From positions 23,793 through 87,792 of the forward strand of contig JANQLK010000001.1 in NCBI GenBank assembly GCA_028280615.1: a DNA stretch of 64,000 nucleotides. The letters run 5' to 3'. How positions within the stretch are numbered: position 1 is the stretch's first letter; every line of letters begins with the position of its first letter. The DNA is from Woeseiaceae bacterium. GTDB taxonomy: Bacteria; Pseudomonadota; Gammaproteobacteria; Steroidobacterales; Woeseiaceae. Both the position numbers and the translations under genes were made by a program. Of the stretch, positions 41,740 to 51,092 are shown in pieces. The notes under the pieces are model-generated. The model saw only the letters and a program-made list of their open reading frames with translations, searched no databases and was not told the origin of the DNA.

Positions 41740-42954
41740 ATGGACCTTGGTATCAGCGAACGCGTCGAGCCGCTACTCGAGGCCGTCAGGACCTTTATCG
41801 CCGACCGTGTCGTTCCGGTTGACGAAGAGTTCCTCGCCGAGGTCGGCGTGGGCGGCCGGTGGACACTCACCGAGCGGCAGCAGGAGATTCTCGACGACCT
41901 GAAGTCGGCGGCCCGTGAGCAGGGCCTGTGGAATTTCTGGCTGACCGACAGCGAGCGCGGCTTCGGCCTGACGACCGTCGAATACGCCTACCTCGCCGAG
42001 GAAACCGGGCGCTCGCACCTCGCGGCCGAGGCCTTCAACTGCAGCGCGCCCGATACCGGCAACATGGAGGTCCTCGAACGCTACGGCAGCGCGGCGCAAA
42101 AAACCGAGTGGCTCGAGCCGCTCTTGAACGGCGAGATTCGATCCGCCTACGCCATGACCGAACCGGGCGTGGCCAGCTCCGATGCCACCAACATCTCGAC
42201 CAGCGCCGTGCTCGACAGCGGCGAGTGGCTCATCAACGGCGAGAAGACCTACATCTCGGGCGCCGGCGATCCGCGCTGCAAGGTCATGATCTGCATGTGC
42301 CGGACGAGCGACGACGACGGCCGTCATGCGCAACACTCGCAAATCCTGATCCCGATGGATTCGCCCGGCGTGGAGGTGGTCCGGCCGATGCACGTGTTCG
42401 CGTCCGACGACGCGCCGCACGGTCACATGCACATCCGCATGACGGATGTGCGCGTGCCCGAGGCGAACGTCATCTTAGGCCCCGGTCGCGGCTTCGAGAT
42501 CGCGCAGGGCCGGCTCGGTCCGGGCCGGATTCATCACTGCATGCGCGCGATCGGCATGGCCGAACGTGCGCTCGAACTGATGTGCCGCCGCTCGGTATCG
42601 CGCACGGCGTTCGGCAAACCGTTGGCGAAACTCGGCGGCAACTTCGATCGTATCGCCGAGGCGCGCATGAACATCGACATGGCCCGGCTGTTGACTCTGA
42701 GGACCGCGCACGTCATCGATACCCAGGGCGTGCGCGTCGCCCGCACCTGGATCTCCAAAATCAAGGCAACGGTGCCAGCCATCACGATTCGCGTAATAGA
42801 CGACGCAATCCAGATGCATGGCGCCGCCGGCCTGTCGCAGGATTTCCCGCTCGCGTCGATGTACACGGCGGCGCGGACCCTGAGACTCGCGGACGGCCCC
42901 GACGAGGTGCATCGCATGGTCGTCGCGCGCGACGAACTGGGCCGGTACCTCTAG
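41740..42954 (+). CDS. Acyl-CoA dehydrogenase
   Basis: 404-aa ORF with YAMTEPGVASSDATNI, INGEKTYISGA and QMHGAAGLS. Confidence 0.88.
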   Translation: MDLGISERVEPLLEAVRTFIADRVVPVDEEFLAEVGVGGRWTLTERQQEILDDLKSAAREQGLWNFWLTDSERGFGLTTVEYAYLAEETGRSHLAAEAFNCSAPDTGNMEVLERYGSAAQKTEWLEPLLNGEIRSAYAMTEPGVASSDATNISTSAVLDSGEWLINGEKTYISGAGDPRCKVMICMCRTSDDDGRHAQHSQILIPMDSPGVEVVRPMHVFASDDAPHGHMHIRMTDVRVPEANVILGPGRGFEIAQGRLGPGRIHHCMRAIGMAERALELMCRRSVSRTAFGKPLAKLGGNFDRIAEARMNIDMARLLTLRTAHVIDTQGVRVARTWISKIKATVPAITIRVIDDAIQMHGAAGLSQDFPLASMYTAARTLRLADGPDEVHRMVVARDELGRYL

Positions 42955-42964
42955 GTCCTCAAGC

Positions 42965-43426
42965 GTGCCGACCCGTATTCCGGCATCCGAGCTCGGCAAC
43001 CTTGCCGGCCGTGAACTCGAACCGTCGTCCTGGTTCAGGATCACCCAGGAGCGCGTCAACCAGTTCGCCGACGCCACCAACGACCACCAGTTCATCCACG
43101 TGAGTCCACTGAAGGCGCGATTTACGCCGTTTGGCGGCCCGATCGCGCATGGCTTTCTGTCGCTGTCCATGCTGTCGTTTCTGACCGCCGAGCACGCGCT
43201 GGTTCCGGAAAACGTTAAGATGGTACTCAACTACGGCTCGGACCGGGTTCGATTCCTCACGCCCGTGAAAGTGGGCCAGCGCATCCGCGCCTGCCAGCGC
43301 GTCGTGCAGACCAGCGAGAAGAAGCCCGGGCAGTGGCTCGTCAAGACCGATGTCAGCGTCGAAATCGAGGGTGAGGAGACGCCCGCCCTCGTCGCCGAAA
43401 TGCTGGCACTTCTCATTCTCAAGTAA
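42965..43426 (+). CDS. MaoC-like (R)-specific enoyl-CoA hydratase / hotdog dehydratase
   Basis: 153-aa ORF (GTG start) with [13 protein letters not shown] and IAHGFLSLS. Confidence 0.8.
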   Translation: MPTRIPASELGNLAGRELEPSSWFRITQERVNQFADATNDHQFIHVSPLKARFTPFGGPIAHGFLSLSMLSFLTAEHALVPENVKMVLNYGSDRVRFLTPVKVGQRIRACQRVVQTSEKKPGQWLVKTDVSVEIEGEETPALVAEMLALLILK

Positions 43427-43457
43427 CGACCGGCAAGCGCCGGACAGGACAGTGACC

Positions 43458-44639
43458 ATGCGCGAAGCAGTAATCGTATCGACCGCACGCACGCCGATCG
43501 GCAAGGCCTACCGCGGCGCATTCAACAATACCGAGGCGCCGACGCTCGGCGGCCACGCGGTCCGGCATGCCGTCGAGCGTGCCGGCCTCGAGCCCGCGGA
43601 GGTCGAGGACGTCGTCATGGGCTGCGCGATGCCGCAGGGCACACAGGGACTGAACGTGACCCGCCAGGTCGCGCTCGCCGCGGGCCTGCCCGTCACGACG
43701 GCCGCGATGACCGTCGACCGGCAGTGCTCGTCGGGCATGATGGCAATCGCGACCGCCGCAAAGAGCATCGTTTGCGACAACGTGGACATCGTGGTCGGCG
43801 GCGGACTCGAGTCGATCAGCCTGGTGCAGAACGAGCACATGAATACGTTCCGGGCAACCGACCCGAATGTGATCGCGCTGCACGAACACACCTACATGCC
43901 CATGATCGATACGGCCGAAGTCGTCGCGGCGCGCTACGGCGTAAGCCGTGAGATCCAGGACGAGTACGCGCTGTCGAGCCAGGAGCGTACGGCGGCCGCG
44001 CAGGCCGAGGGCAGACTCGACGACGAGATCGTGCCGGTTTCCGCAACCATGGGCGTCATGGACAAGGAGAGCGGCGAGATCTCGTTCGTCGACGTTACGC
44101 TCGACAAGGACGAGGGCAACCGCCCGTCCACGACGCTCGACGGACTCGCGGCCCTGAAACCCGTCCGTGACAACGGCTACATTACAGCCGGTAATGCCAG
44201 CCAGCTATCTGACGGCGCGTCGGCCAGCGTCGTCATGGAAGCCTCGCTCGCCGCGAAGCGCGGTCTCGAGCCGCTGGGCGTCTATCGCGGCACGGCCGTC
44301 GCCGGCTGCGAGCCCGACGAGATGGGCATCGGGCCCATATTCGCGGTGCCGCGGCTCCTGGAACGGACCGGGCTCACGATGGACGACATCGACCTGTGGG
44401 AGCTCAACGAGGCCTTCGCGGTGCAGGTCGTCTACTGCCGCGACACGCTCGGCATTCCCGGTGAACGGCTCAACGTAGACGGCGGCGCGATTTCCATCGG
44501 CCACCCCTACGGCATGTCGGGAGCGCGCATGGTCGGGCACGCGCTGATCGAGGGTAAGCGCCGCGGTGCGAGATACGTCGTTTGCACGATGTGCATCGGC
44601 GGCGGCCAGGGTGCCGCGTCCCTGTTCGAGATCGCGTGA
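43458..44639 (+). CDS. Acetyl-CoA C-acyltransferase (thiolase)
   Basis: I place the start at ATG 43458, [22 protein letters not shown]. It has [12 protein letters not shown] and [19 protein letters not shown]. Confidence 0.92.
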   Translation: MREAVIVSTARTPIGKAYRGAFNNTEAPTLGGHAVRHAVERAGLEPAEVEDVVMGCAMPQGTQGLNVTRQVALAAGLPVTTAAMTVDRQCSSGMMAIATAAKSIVCDNVDIVVGGGLESISLVQNEHMNTFRATDPNVIALHEHTYMPMIDTAEVVAARYGVSREIQDEYALSSQERTAAAQAEGRLDDEIVPVSATMGVMDKESGEISFVDVTLDKDEGNRPSTTLDGLAALKPVRDNGYITAGNASQLSDGASASVVMEASLAAKRGLEPLGVYRGTAVAGCEPDEMGIGPIFAVPRLLERTGLTMDDIDLWELNEAFAVQVVYCRDTLGIPGERLNVDGGAISIGHPYGMSGARMVGHALIEGKRRGARYVVCTMCIGGGQGAASLFEIA

Positions 44640-45631
44640 TGCGGGCGCTGGTCTGCAAAGAGCTCGGCAGCACCGATGATCTCGTCATCGAGGAGCAGCC
44701 GGACCCGCAGGCGGGACCCGGTGAGGTCGTCGTCGATATCCACGCGGCCGGGATCAACTTTCCGGACCTGCTGGTTGTGGCGGGCAAGTACCAGGACCGG
44801 AGCGAACCGCCGTTCGTGCCGGGCAACGAGGCGGCCGGCATTATCGAAAGCGTCGGCGACGGCGTCGAGCACCTGAAACCCGGCGACCGCGTCGTCGCGA
44901 TGCCGCGCGGCGGCGCATTCGCCGAGAAACTTGCGATCAGCGCGCTTAAGGTCGCTCCGCTGCCCGATGCGCTCGACCTCGTGGCCGGGGCCGGCTTCGC
45001 GGTTACCTACGGCACGAGCTACCACGCGCTTACGCAGTGCGCGGAACTTAAGCCCGGCGAGACCGTGCTGGTGCTGGGCGCCGCGGGCGGGGTCGGCATC
45101 GCCGCGGTCGCCCTCGCCCGCGCGATGGGTGCCCGCGTCATCGCCGCGGCCAGCGACGATCGCAAGCTCGATTTCGCGCGCAAGGCAGGTGCCGAGGAAA
45201 CGATCAACTACAGCGAGGGATCGCTCAAGGAGTCCGCAAAGTCGCTGACGGATGGCAAGGGCGTCGACGTGGTCGTCGACCCGGTCGGCGGCAGCCTCGC
45301 ACTCGAGGCCATGCGCGCGCTCGCCTGGCACGGCCGGCACCTCGTGATTGGCTTCGCGGGAGGCGACATACCGGCGTTCCCGGGCAACATCGCGCTGCTC
45401 AAGGAAGCGAAGATCGTGGGCGTCTGGTGGGGCACCTGGGTCGCGCGGCACCTGGACCAGCACGCCGGGAACATGCGTGAGCTGGCGGCCATGCTCGAGG
45501 ACGGAACGCTCGCGCCGCCGGACAACCGGACCTATGCGCTGACCGAGTACCGCGCGGCATTTCGCCAGCTCAGCGAGCGGCGCGCGCTCGGCAAGGTCAT
45601 CCTGACGATGAAGGATCCGGACGGTCCGTGA
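44639..45631 (+). CDS. NADPH:quinone oxidoreductase / zinc-type alcohol dehydrogenase-like (MDR family)
   Basis: I place the start at ATG 44639 (overlapping the thiolase TGA), [10 protein letters not shown]. It has GINFPD, VPGNEAAGI and VLGAAGGVG. Confidence 0.85.
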   Translation: MRALVCKELGSTDDLVIEEQPDPQAGPGEVVVDIHAAGINFPDLLVVAGKYQDRSEPPFVPGNEAAGIIESVGDGVEHLKPGDRVVAMPRGGAFAEKLAISALKVAPLPDALDLVAGAGFAVTYGTSYHALTQCAELKPGETVLVLGAAGGVGIAAVALARAMGARVIAAASDDRKLDFARKAGAEETINYSEGSLKESAKSLTDGKGVDVVVDPVGGSLALEAMRALAWHGRHLVIGFAGGDIPAFPGNIALLKEAKIVGVWWGTWVARHLDQHAGNMRELAAMLEDGTLAPPDNRTYALTEYRAAFRQLSERRALGKVILTMKDPDGP

Positions 45632-46416
45632 ATCTGGCCCTGAGCATCGCGGCGCTCCTGCTCGGACCGTTCGTCTACGCGGCGGGTCGCCGCCGTCCGT
45701 CGATCCGGCAGCTCCTGGACGGCTTCGTTCTGGTTGCCGTCTCGGGCATCGTCTGCGTGTACATCGTCCCGGAGGCGATCGTTGGCGGTGGCAACTATGC
45801 CGTCGCATCGCTGGTGCTCGGACTCCTGTTCCCGGTCGTCATCGAGAGAGTATTCCACCATTCGATGCACAAGGCGCACGTCGTGATCGTTTTGCTCGCG
45901 GCGCTGGCGCTCGTCGCGCACGCAATCATCGACGGGATCGCCCTGTTGCCGCAGCGCGAGGCCGGGCGCGCCGTATCCGGCATCCTGGGCTTCGAGGCCG
46001 GCAACGAGCTTGCGCTCGGCGTCATATTGCACCGGCTGCCCGTCGGCATGGCGATCTGGTGGTCCGTGCGGCCGACCTTCGGCATCGCGCCGGCACTCGC
46101 GACGTTCGCGCTGATCGTTATCGCGAGCAGCATCGCCTACCTGCTGGGCGGCGACGCCGTTGCCTGGGCCGAAACCCGGGAGATTGCGCTGTTCCAGGCG
46201 TTTGTCGCGGGATCGCTCGTACACGTGGTCGCGTTCGGGGTCAGCCACGAGCATGACGGCGATCACAAATCCGGTGGCAACGCCTGGGCCTACCGGGTAG
46301 GTATTCTGCTCGCGATGTTCATACTGTTCACGGTGCCTCGTCTGCACGAGGGAGACGATACCCGCGAGAAGCTAGGCGCCCAGGAAGTCGAGCAGCTCGG
46401 GAATCCGGGACTTTAG
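45628..46416 (+). CDS. ZIP-like metal-transporter-family membrane protein (tentative)
   Basis: 262-aa polytopic ORF (GTG start overlapping the upstream TGA) with HAIIDGIALL, HRLPVGMAIW and the His-rich HEHDGDH. Confidence 0.5.
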   Translation: MNLALSIAALLLGPFVYAAGRRRPSIRQLLDGFVLVAVSGIVCVYIVPEAIVGGGNYAVASLVLGLLFPVVIERVFHHSMHKAHVVIVLLAALALVAHAIIDGIALLPQREAGRAVSGILGFEAGNELALGVILHRLPVGMAIWWSVRPTFGIAPALATFALIVIASSIAYLLGGDAVAWAETREIALFQAFVAGSLVHVVAFGVSHEHDGDHKSGGNAWAYRVGILLAMFILFTVPRLHEGDDTREKLGAQEVEQLGNPGL

Positions 46417-47598
46417 CTTGAAGTAGCCCTTCCCGGCGTGCGGCCACGCGCGCTCGTCGTAACCGCGGCGCACACGCCTGAGCTCGATGCCCTCCCCGGC
46501 CAGTCTGGACGCGGCCCGCTCCAGGAGCTCCGCGACGGGGCCGACCGGCGCAAAGGCCGTCACTATCGCGCCGAGGTCGTGGCGTCCGGCAAACTCGAGC
46601 AGTGCGTCTTCCCAGCGGCTGGACTCCAGAAACTCTGCCTCGCGCCCCGCGCACTCGCCGGCGCGCGCGGCGCCGTCCTGGACTGCGCTGGCGGCGAAGG
46701 CGGCCGCGGCCTGGCCAATCGCCAGCGGCGATCGAAGCGACGGTGCCGACATGCCGATGACGGCTTTGGGCTCCGCGGGGAGGTCGAGTGGCAATCCGAT
46801 ACAGTCTTCCTCGGTCACGAGCAGACCGAAGTCGCCGTCGATCGCCATGCTGTCGGCAGCGCCCAGCGGGACGAAATCGTGACGGGCCTCCTCGATTAGC
46901 GGTGCTGCGGTCGCCGCCAGCTGGCCGGCCGGGTTGAACCGGTCGTTGGTATAGCTCGTGATGTTGGACACGCGTGCAAGATAGGTTTTGCCCTTGGTGT
47001 GCAGGCCGGCGACCCAGCGCCAGCTGAGCGTGTTCGACGCCGGGTCGCCGTCGAGCAGGTGCCGCAGAAAGAAATCGGCGCCGAGCTGCCAGGGCAACTC
47101 GAGCGTGAAAACCCAGATGGACGCGAACCACATGCGTGCATGGTTGTGCAGGTAGCCGGTTCGGACGAGTTCGTCCGTCCAGGCGTCGAAGCAGTCGATT
47201 CCGGTCGCCCCGGTAATGGCGCGGTCGTACGCCGCGCACGCGTCGGCGTCCGACTCGAGGGCGGCGATGCATGCGTTGACGTCGCGGCGGTAGTCATGCC
47301 AGACCGAGGGATGCTGTTCCAGCCACCCTTTGAAGTAGGCCCGCCAGAACACCTCTTGCACGAATTTGTCGGCCGCCTCGCGGGAGTGCCGTTCGAGAAC
47401 GGCCGCGAGTACTTCCGACTCGAGAACAAGCCGGTGACGAATGAACGGCGACAGGGTCGAGACGTTGTCGCGATCTTCGGGGCCGAGGTCGAAATTGCGG
47501 CGCTCGGCGTAGGCGCGGCCGGCGCGGGGCAGAAAGTCGGCGAGCGTTTCGAGTCCGCGCGACCGTGTTGCGTCCGGTATCGGGTTTTGGATCAGCAT
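46372..47598 (-). CDS. Photolyase/cryptochrome-related FAD-binding protein with an atypical (apparently permuted) domain order
   Basis: I place the start at ATG 47598, MLIQNPIPD. FAD_binding_7-like motifs occur at the N-terminus (STLSPFIRHRL, EVFWRAYF, TGYLHNHARMWFASIW, DGDPASNTLSWRWVAG). An extra about 150-aa alpha/beta-like C-terminal region follows. Confidence 0.7.
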   Translation of the reverse strand: MLIQNPIPDATRSRGLETLADFLPRAGRAYAERRNFDLGPEDRDNVSTLSPFIRHRLVLESEVLAAVLERHSREAADKFVQEVFWRAYFKGWLEQHPSVWHDYRRDVNACIAALESDADACAAYDRAITGATGIDCFDAWTDELVRTGYLHNHARMWFASIWVFTLELPWQLGADFFLRHLLDGDPASNTLSWRWVAGLHTKGKTYLARVSNITSYTNDRFNPAGQLAATAAPLIEEARHDFVPLGAADSMAIDGDFGLLVTEEDCIGLPLDLPAEPKAVIGMSAPSLRSPLAIGQAAAAFAASAVQDGAARAGECAGREAEFLESSRWEDALLEFAGRHDLGAIVTAFAPVGPVAELLERAASRLAGEGIELRRVRRGYDERAWPHAGKGYFKLKSRIPELLDFLGA

Positions 47599-47796
47599 GC
47601 TCGTTCTCCGGTTGGCGCCGGGACGGCTGGGGAGGGTTGCCGGCCCCGGTGACGTTGGCGGCGGCGAGAAAAGAGCCGGCAGGACAAGCTGCCGGCTCGA
47701 GGGTCGCAGGGACGGGGAACGGGGGATGAGAGTCAGTCCCTGCGGGTCGTTCAAACCGCTGCGCGACCTAAGCTAAGGGTACGCGGTCGCGGCTTT

Positions 47797-47839
47797 TTGT
47801 CAATATTTTGACTAGGATTTACATCGACAATATTGCAAC
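47797..47839. promoter_or_regulatory. AT-rich candidate operator/promoter region between the MerR-family gene and the photolyase-like gene
   Basis: The palindrome gtcaa-tatt-ttgac lies at 47799-47812 and the perfect palindrome caatattg at 47828-47835. Both contain CAATATT, spaced 27 bp apart. Confidence 0.4.
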
Positions 47840-47855
47840 AAAATGTATCCGGACC

Positions 47856-48836
47856 TCAGTATTCCAGGTTCTCGGTAGCGGCCACTCGCTCGAGCGCCCG
47901 CTCGATCATGCTGCGGGCGGCGGCCGACGTCCGGTGCAGGTAGCGGTGCAGGGCAGCGTCCTCGTCGTCCCGATTCGCGCATTGGGCCGAGTACACCTCG
48001 AATGCGCTGAGTGCGCTGACGAGCTGGGCCAGGTGCTGCGGGCACTCGCAGTCGATCGACGTGCTGGCCATGCCGAGCCTGGCCAGCTGTTGCTGCGAGA
48101 ACCGGCGCGCGGGTATTGGCCCCTCGAGGTCCCAGTCATCGGCACCCGCGGTCGTCGCCGGTGGACGTGCCGACCGGGACGGCACGCGTGAGTAGACGCG
48201 GACGACCGCAGCGTGTACGTCGTCGAGGCTGAGCGGCGAGCGCGTGAGCACGATGTCCTGGGCGCGCAGACGCTCGACGTCACCGCTGCGGCCGAATCCG
48301 TACACGAGGATGCCCCGTGGCGCTTCGCCGAGTTTCATGAGCTTGCGAAGTTCCCTGACGGCTTCGTCGTCGAGCACGGGCACCTCGACGATGACGACGT
48401 CGACCGTCTCGCGCTCGAGATCGGCGGCCAGCTGGCTGGCGCCGCCATTCGCGAGCGCGATCTTGAGCGGCGCAAGCCGCGTCTCCGCCTTCTTCAGATG
48501 CGTCGGTAGAAGCTCGCCCAGCACCGCGACGCGGATCGTGTCCGGGAGCTCCGCACTGGCCAGGGCGGTGATGCGCTCGGCCCGCTCGCGGAGATCGTCG
48601 ATGTCGTTGTTGGCGATCATGCCGATGGACAGTCCGCTGTCTGTCAACTGTTTCAACAGGCCGAGCTTCTCGACGTCGCGGAGGTTGTAGATTCGCCGCC
48701 CGTTCGCGGCCCGCTCGGCAACCACGGCGCCGTAGCGCCGCTCCCAGACGCGAATCGTATGGTCGGTCAGACCGGTCAGACGAGCTACCGCCCCAATTCC
48801 GTACCTTTCCGGTTTTTGCGTTGCATGTGCCGTCAT
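47856..48836 (-). CDS. MerR-family transcriptional regulator with a receiver/B12-binding-like middle domain and a Cys-containing C-terminal domain
   Basis: I place the start at ATG 48836, MTAHATQKPERYGIGAVARLTGLTDHTIRVWERRYG (MerR HTH). The middle is IRVAVLGE...VDVVIVEVPVLDDEAVRELRKL. The C-terminus is IDCECPQHL...YSAQC. Confidence 0.75.
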   Translation of the reverse strand: MTAHATQKPERYGIGAVARLTGLTDHTIRVWERRYGAVVAERAANGRRIYNLRDVEKLGLLKQLTDSGLSIGMIANNDIDDLRERAERITALASAELPDTIRVAVLGELLPTHLKKAETRLAPLKIALANGGASQLAADLERETVDVVIVEVPVLDDEAVRELRKLMKLGEAPRGILVYGFGRSGDVERLRAQDIVLTRSPLSLDDVHAAVVRVYSRVPSRSARPPATTAGADDWDLEGPIPARRFSQQQLARLGMASTSIDCECPQHLAQLVSALSAFEVYSAQCANRDDEDAALHRYLHRTSAAARSMIERALERVAATENLEY

Positions 48837-48911
48837 GTGTCTGGCCTGCTCCTGTTTGCTTCCGGGTTGTCGGGTGATCACACCCGGCGCCACCGGCCGT
48901 CGTTTCAGTGT

Positions 48912-48946
48912 ACTGTACAGTTTATAATTAGACAAATATTAGACAA
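48912..48946. promoter_or_regulatory. Candidate regulatory repeats upstream of the MerR-family gene
   Basis: A 10-bp palindrome actgtacagt lies at 48912-48921. Two direct copies of attagacaa lie at 48927-48935 and 48938-48946, with 11-bp periodicity. Confidence 0.35.
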
Positions 48947-49001
48947 TTTCAGCGCGCCGGACGAGGCTGACGCGCGCGGTCGCGAGTGCAGTTTGGGCAG
49001 C

Positions 49002-49823
49002 CTATGGGCGCTGGCAAGCCGGGCAATAAAAGAGCTTGCGACTGCCTGACGTGGTTTGCTCGATCGGCGTGCCGCAGCGATGGCACGGCAAGCCGCGCCG
49101 GCCGAATGCGTGGAAGCGGCGCCGCTGGAAGCTCAGGCCCTCGGCTTCGAGCCGCGCGGCCATCCCGGGCGGCACCGTGAGCCCGCGTGTCCGGTACGAC
49201 CGCCTGGGGATTCGCAGCGTCTCGCGCGCCAATGCCCGGCATTCGTCGGTGGTGAGCTCGCGAGGCTTCCGGGCGTGATGCAGGCTAGCTACCCAAAGGA
49301 TTTCCGATCGCAGATAGTTGCCGAGCCCGGCGAGGAACGACTGGTCGAGATACAGCGCGCCCAGCGAGCGGCCCGCGAAATGCCCGTCATTCAAACGCGT
49401 TGCCACGGCGGCCGCATCGAGCGACGGGTCAAGGATGTCCGGCCCGAGCTTCGACAGGAAGCGATGGCGGGCGACCCCGTCCTGATCGAGCACTTCAATG
49501 TCTGACGCGCTGTACAGCAGCGCGCTGTGGGTGTCGGTGTGCAGGGCCGCGCGGAGCTGCCGCCCTGTCTTCGGCATTCGCGGTCGGCGCATGACGTACC
49601 AGCGACCGTACAGCTGGTTGTGTGAGTACAGCGTGAGGCCGTTGTCGAAGCGCGTCAGCATCGCCTTGCCGTGAGTGTCCACGGCGGTCACGATGGAACC
49701 CTCAAGCTGTGCCTCGAAACGCTCGATGGACGGCAGCGCAAGCTTAGCCTCGGTGACGCGCTTGCCGACGAGAACGCGCGCGACACGATCCGCCGCGCGG
49801 CGTATTTCAGGACCTTCGGGCAC
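49002..49823 (-). CDS. nei: Endonuclease VIII (Fpg/Nei-family DNA glycosylase)
   Basis: 273-aa ORF with the N-terminal MPEGPEIRR and the C-terminal zinc finger CHRCGTPIEQTTSGSRKLFYCPACQ. Confidence 0.88.
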   Translation of the reverse strand: MPEGPEIRRAADRVARVLVGKRVTEAKLALPSIERFEAQLEGSIVTAVDTHGKAMLTRFDNGLTLYSHNQLYGRWYVMRRPRMPKTGRQLRAALHTDTHSALLYSASDIEVLDQDGVARHRFLSKLGPDILDPSLDAAAVATRLNDGHFAGRSLGALYLDQSFLAGLGNYLRSEILWVASLHHARKPRELTTDECRALARETLRIPRRSYRTRGLTVPPGMAARLEAEGLSFQRRRFHAFGRRGLPCHRCGTPIEQTTSGSRKLFYCPACQRP

Positions 49824-49983
49824 TTGGGGAGACTCTCCCCAGAACCCGCTCGCGGCGGCAGCGGGCCGAGCAGTACTTGACGTTTTTCCAATCCCGCGCC
49901 CATTTGCGCCGCCAGCGGAACGGACGGCCGCACACCGCGCAGTCCTTGCTCGGCAGCTGCGGCTTCAAGTGCACGTCGGCGTC

Positions 49984-50529
49984 TTACTCGCTGGCGTCGA
50001 GTGCCGTCCTGATCGACGCAAGCAGCTGCCTGTCATCCGGCTGTGTGCGCGGGCTGAACTCGGCGATGAGCTCGCCGTCGCGGCCGATCAGATATTTGTG
50101 AAAGTTCCAGGTCGGGTAGGTGCCGGACGCGTCGGCAAGACCCGCGAAGAACGGATGGGCGTTGTTCTTTTTGACCGTGGTCTTTTCGAACATCGGGAAC
50201 TTGATGCTGTAGGTCAGGCGGCAAAACTCCTGGATCTGCTCCTCGGTACCGGGCTCCTGGCCCATGAAGTCGTTGGACGGAAACCCGAGTACGACGAGAC
50301 CGTCGTCCTGATATTCCTCGTACAGGCTCTCGAGGCCTTCGTACTGCGGCGTATTCCCGCACTTGGACGCCGTGTTGACGACGAGGACGACTTTGCCACC
50401 GTACGCCTCGGCAAGATTGACGGATTCGTCCGATGCAAGCCGGCGAAAATCCTGGTCGAGCAGGCCGGACTCGGCGGCCAAGGAAGTCGTAGCGGTCATG
50501 AGTAACAGTGCTCCGGTGAGAAGACGCAT
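49984..50529 (-). CDS. Secreted glutathione peroxidase
   Basis: I place the start at ATG 50529, MRLLTGALLLMTATTSLAA. It has VNTASKCGNTPQY and LGFPSNDFMGQEPG. Confidence 0.88.
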   Translation of the reverse strand: MRLLTGALLLMTATTSLAAESGLLDQDFRRLASDESVNLAEAYGGKVVLVVNTASKCGNTPQYEGLESLYEEYQDDGLVVLGFPSNDFMGQEPGTEEQIQEFCRLTYSIKFPMFEKTTVKKNNAHPFFAGLADASGTYPTWNFHKYLIGRDGELIAEFSPRTQPDDRQLLASIRTALDASE

Positions 50530-50624
50530 GAGTGGGTTTCCTGTATTGGTATCAAGCGAAGTGTGGTGTAGCGCCAGCGCCATTTCCACTCGGCCTTTGT
50601 AACGTTTCGTATCATGCCGTGGCC

Positions 50625-51092
50625 ATGATCGCGCGCTCGATACAGACTTTACTCCTCATGAACGATCGTCGCCTGTATACCTTACTGACGCTGACCGGGG
50701 CGACGCCGTTTCTCGCCGCGGCCCTTCTTCCGCCGCTCGGCTACGCGGCGGTCGACCCGTTCGGCAGCCTCGTGGACGCGGGCCTGAGCTACGGACTCGC
50801 GATCATCTGCTTTCTCGCGGGCATCCACTGGGCGACCTACCTCTACGGTGTCAGGACCGATACCGGCAACCTGCTCATCGTAAGCAACCTGATCGTACTC
50901 GCCGTGTGGGTCCCCTACCTGTTTGCCCCCGTCCCCGTCGTGGCCGGCTGCATGATCGCGGCTTTTCTCGCACTCCTGTTCATCGACTTTCGGCTCAAGG
51001 GCAAGGGCGTCATCGAAGGCCACTACCTTGCCATCCGCTCGACGGCAACGACCCTCGTCGTGGTCTCGCTGGCATTCATCGCCGTAACCTGA
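50625..51092 (+). CDS. DUF3429-like small membrane protein
   Basis: About 155-aa ORF with four hydrophobic helices and FLAGIHW. The start is uncertain (50625 or 50660). Confidence 0.5.
   Translation: MIARSIQTLLLMNDRRLYTLLTLTGATPFLAAALLPPLGYAAVDPFGSLVDAGLSYGLAIICFLAGIHWATYLYGVRTDTGNLLIVSNLIVLAVWVPYLFAPVPVVAGCMIAAFLALLFIDFRLKGKGVIEGHYLAIRSTATTLVVVSLAFIAVT

Noticed and set aside
48912-48921. ACTGTACAGT considered as a LexA (SOS) box upstream of the MerR-family gene.
   Set aside because: The gammaproteobacterial LexA consensus is CTGT-N8-ACAG. Here the half-sites abut with no spacer.
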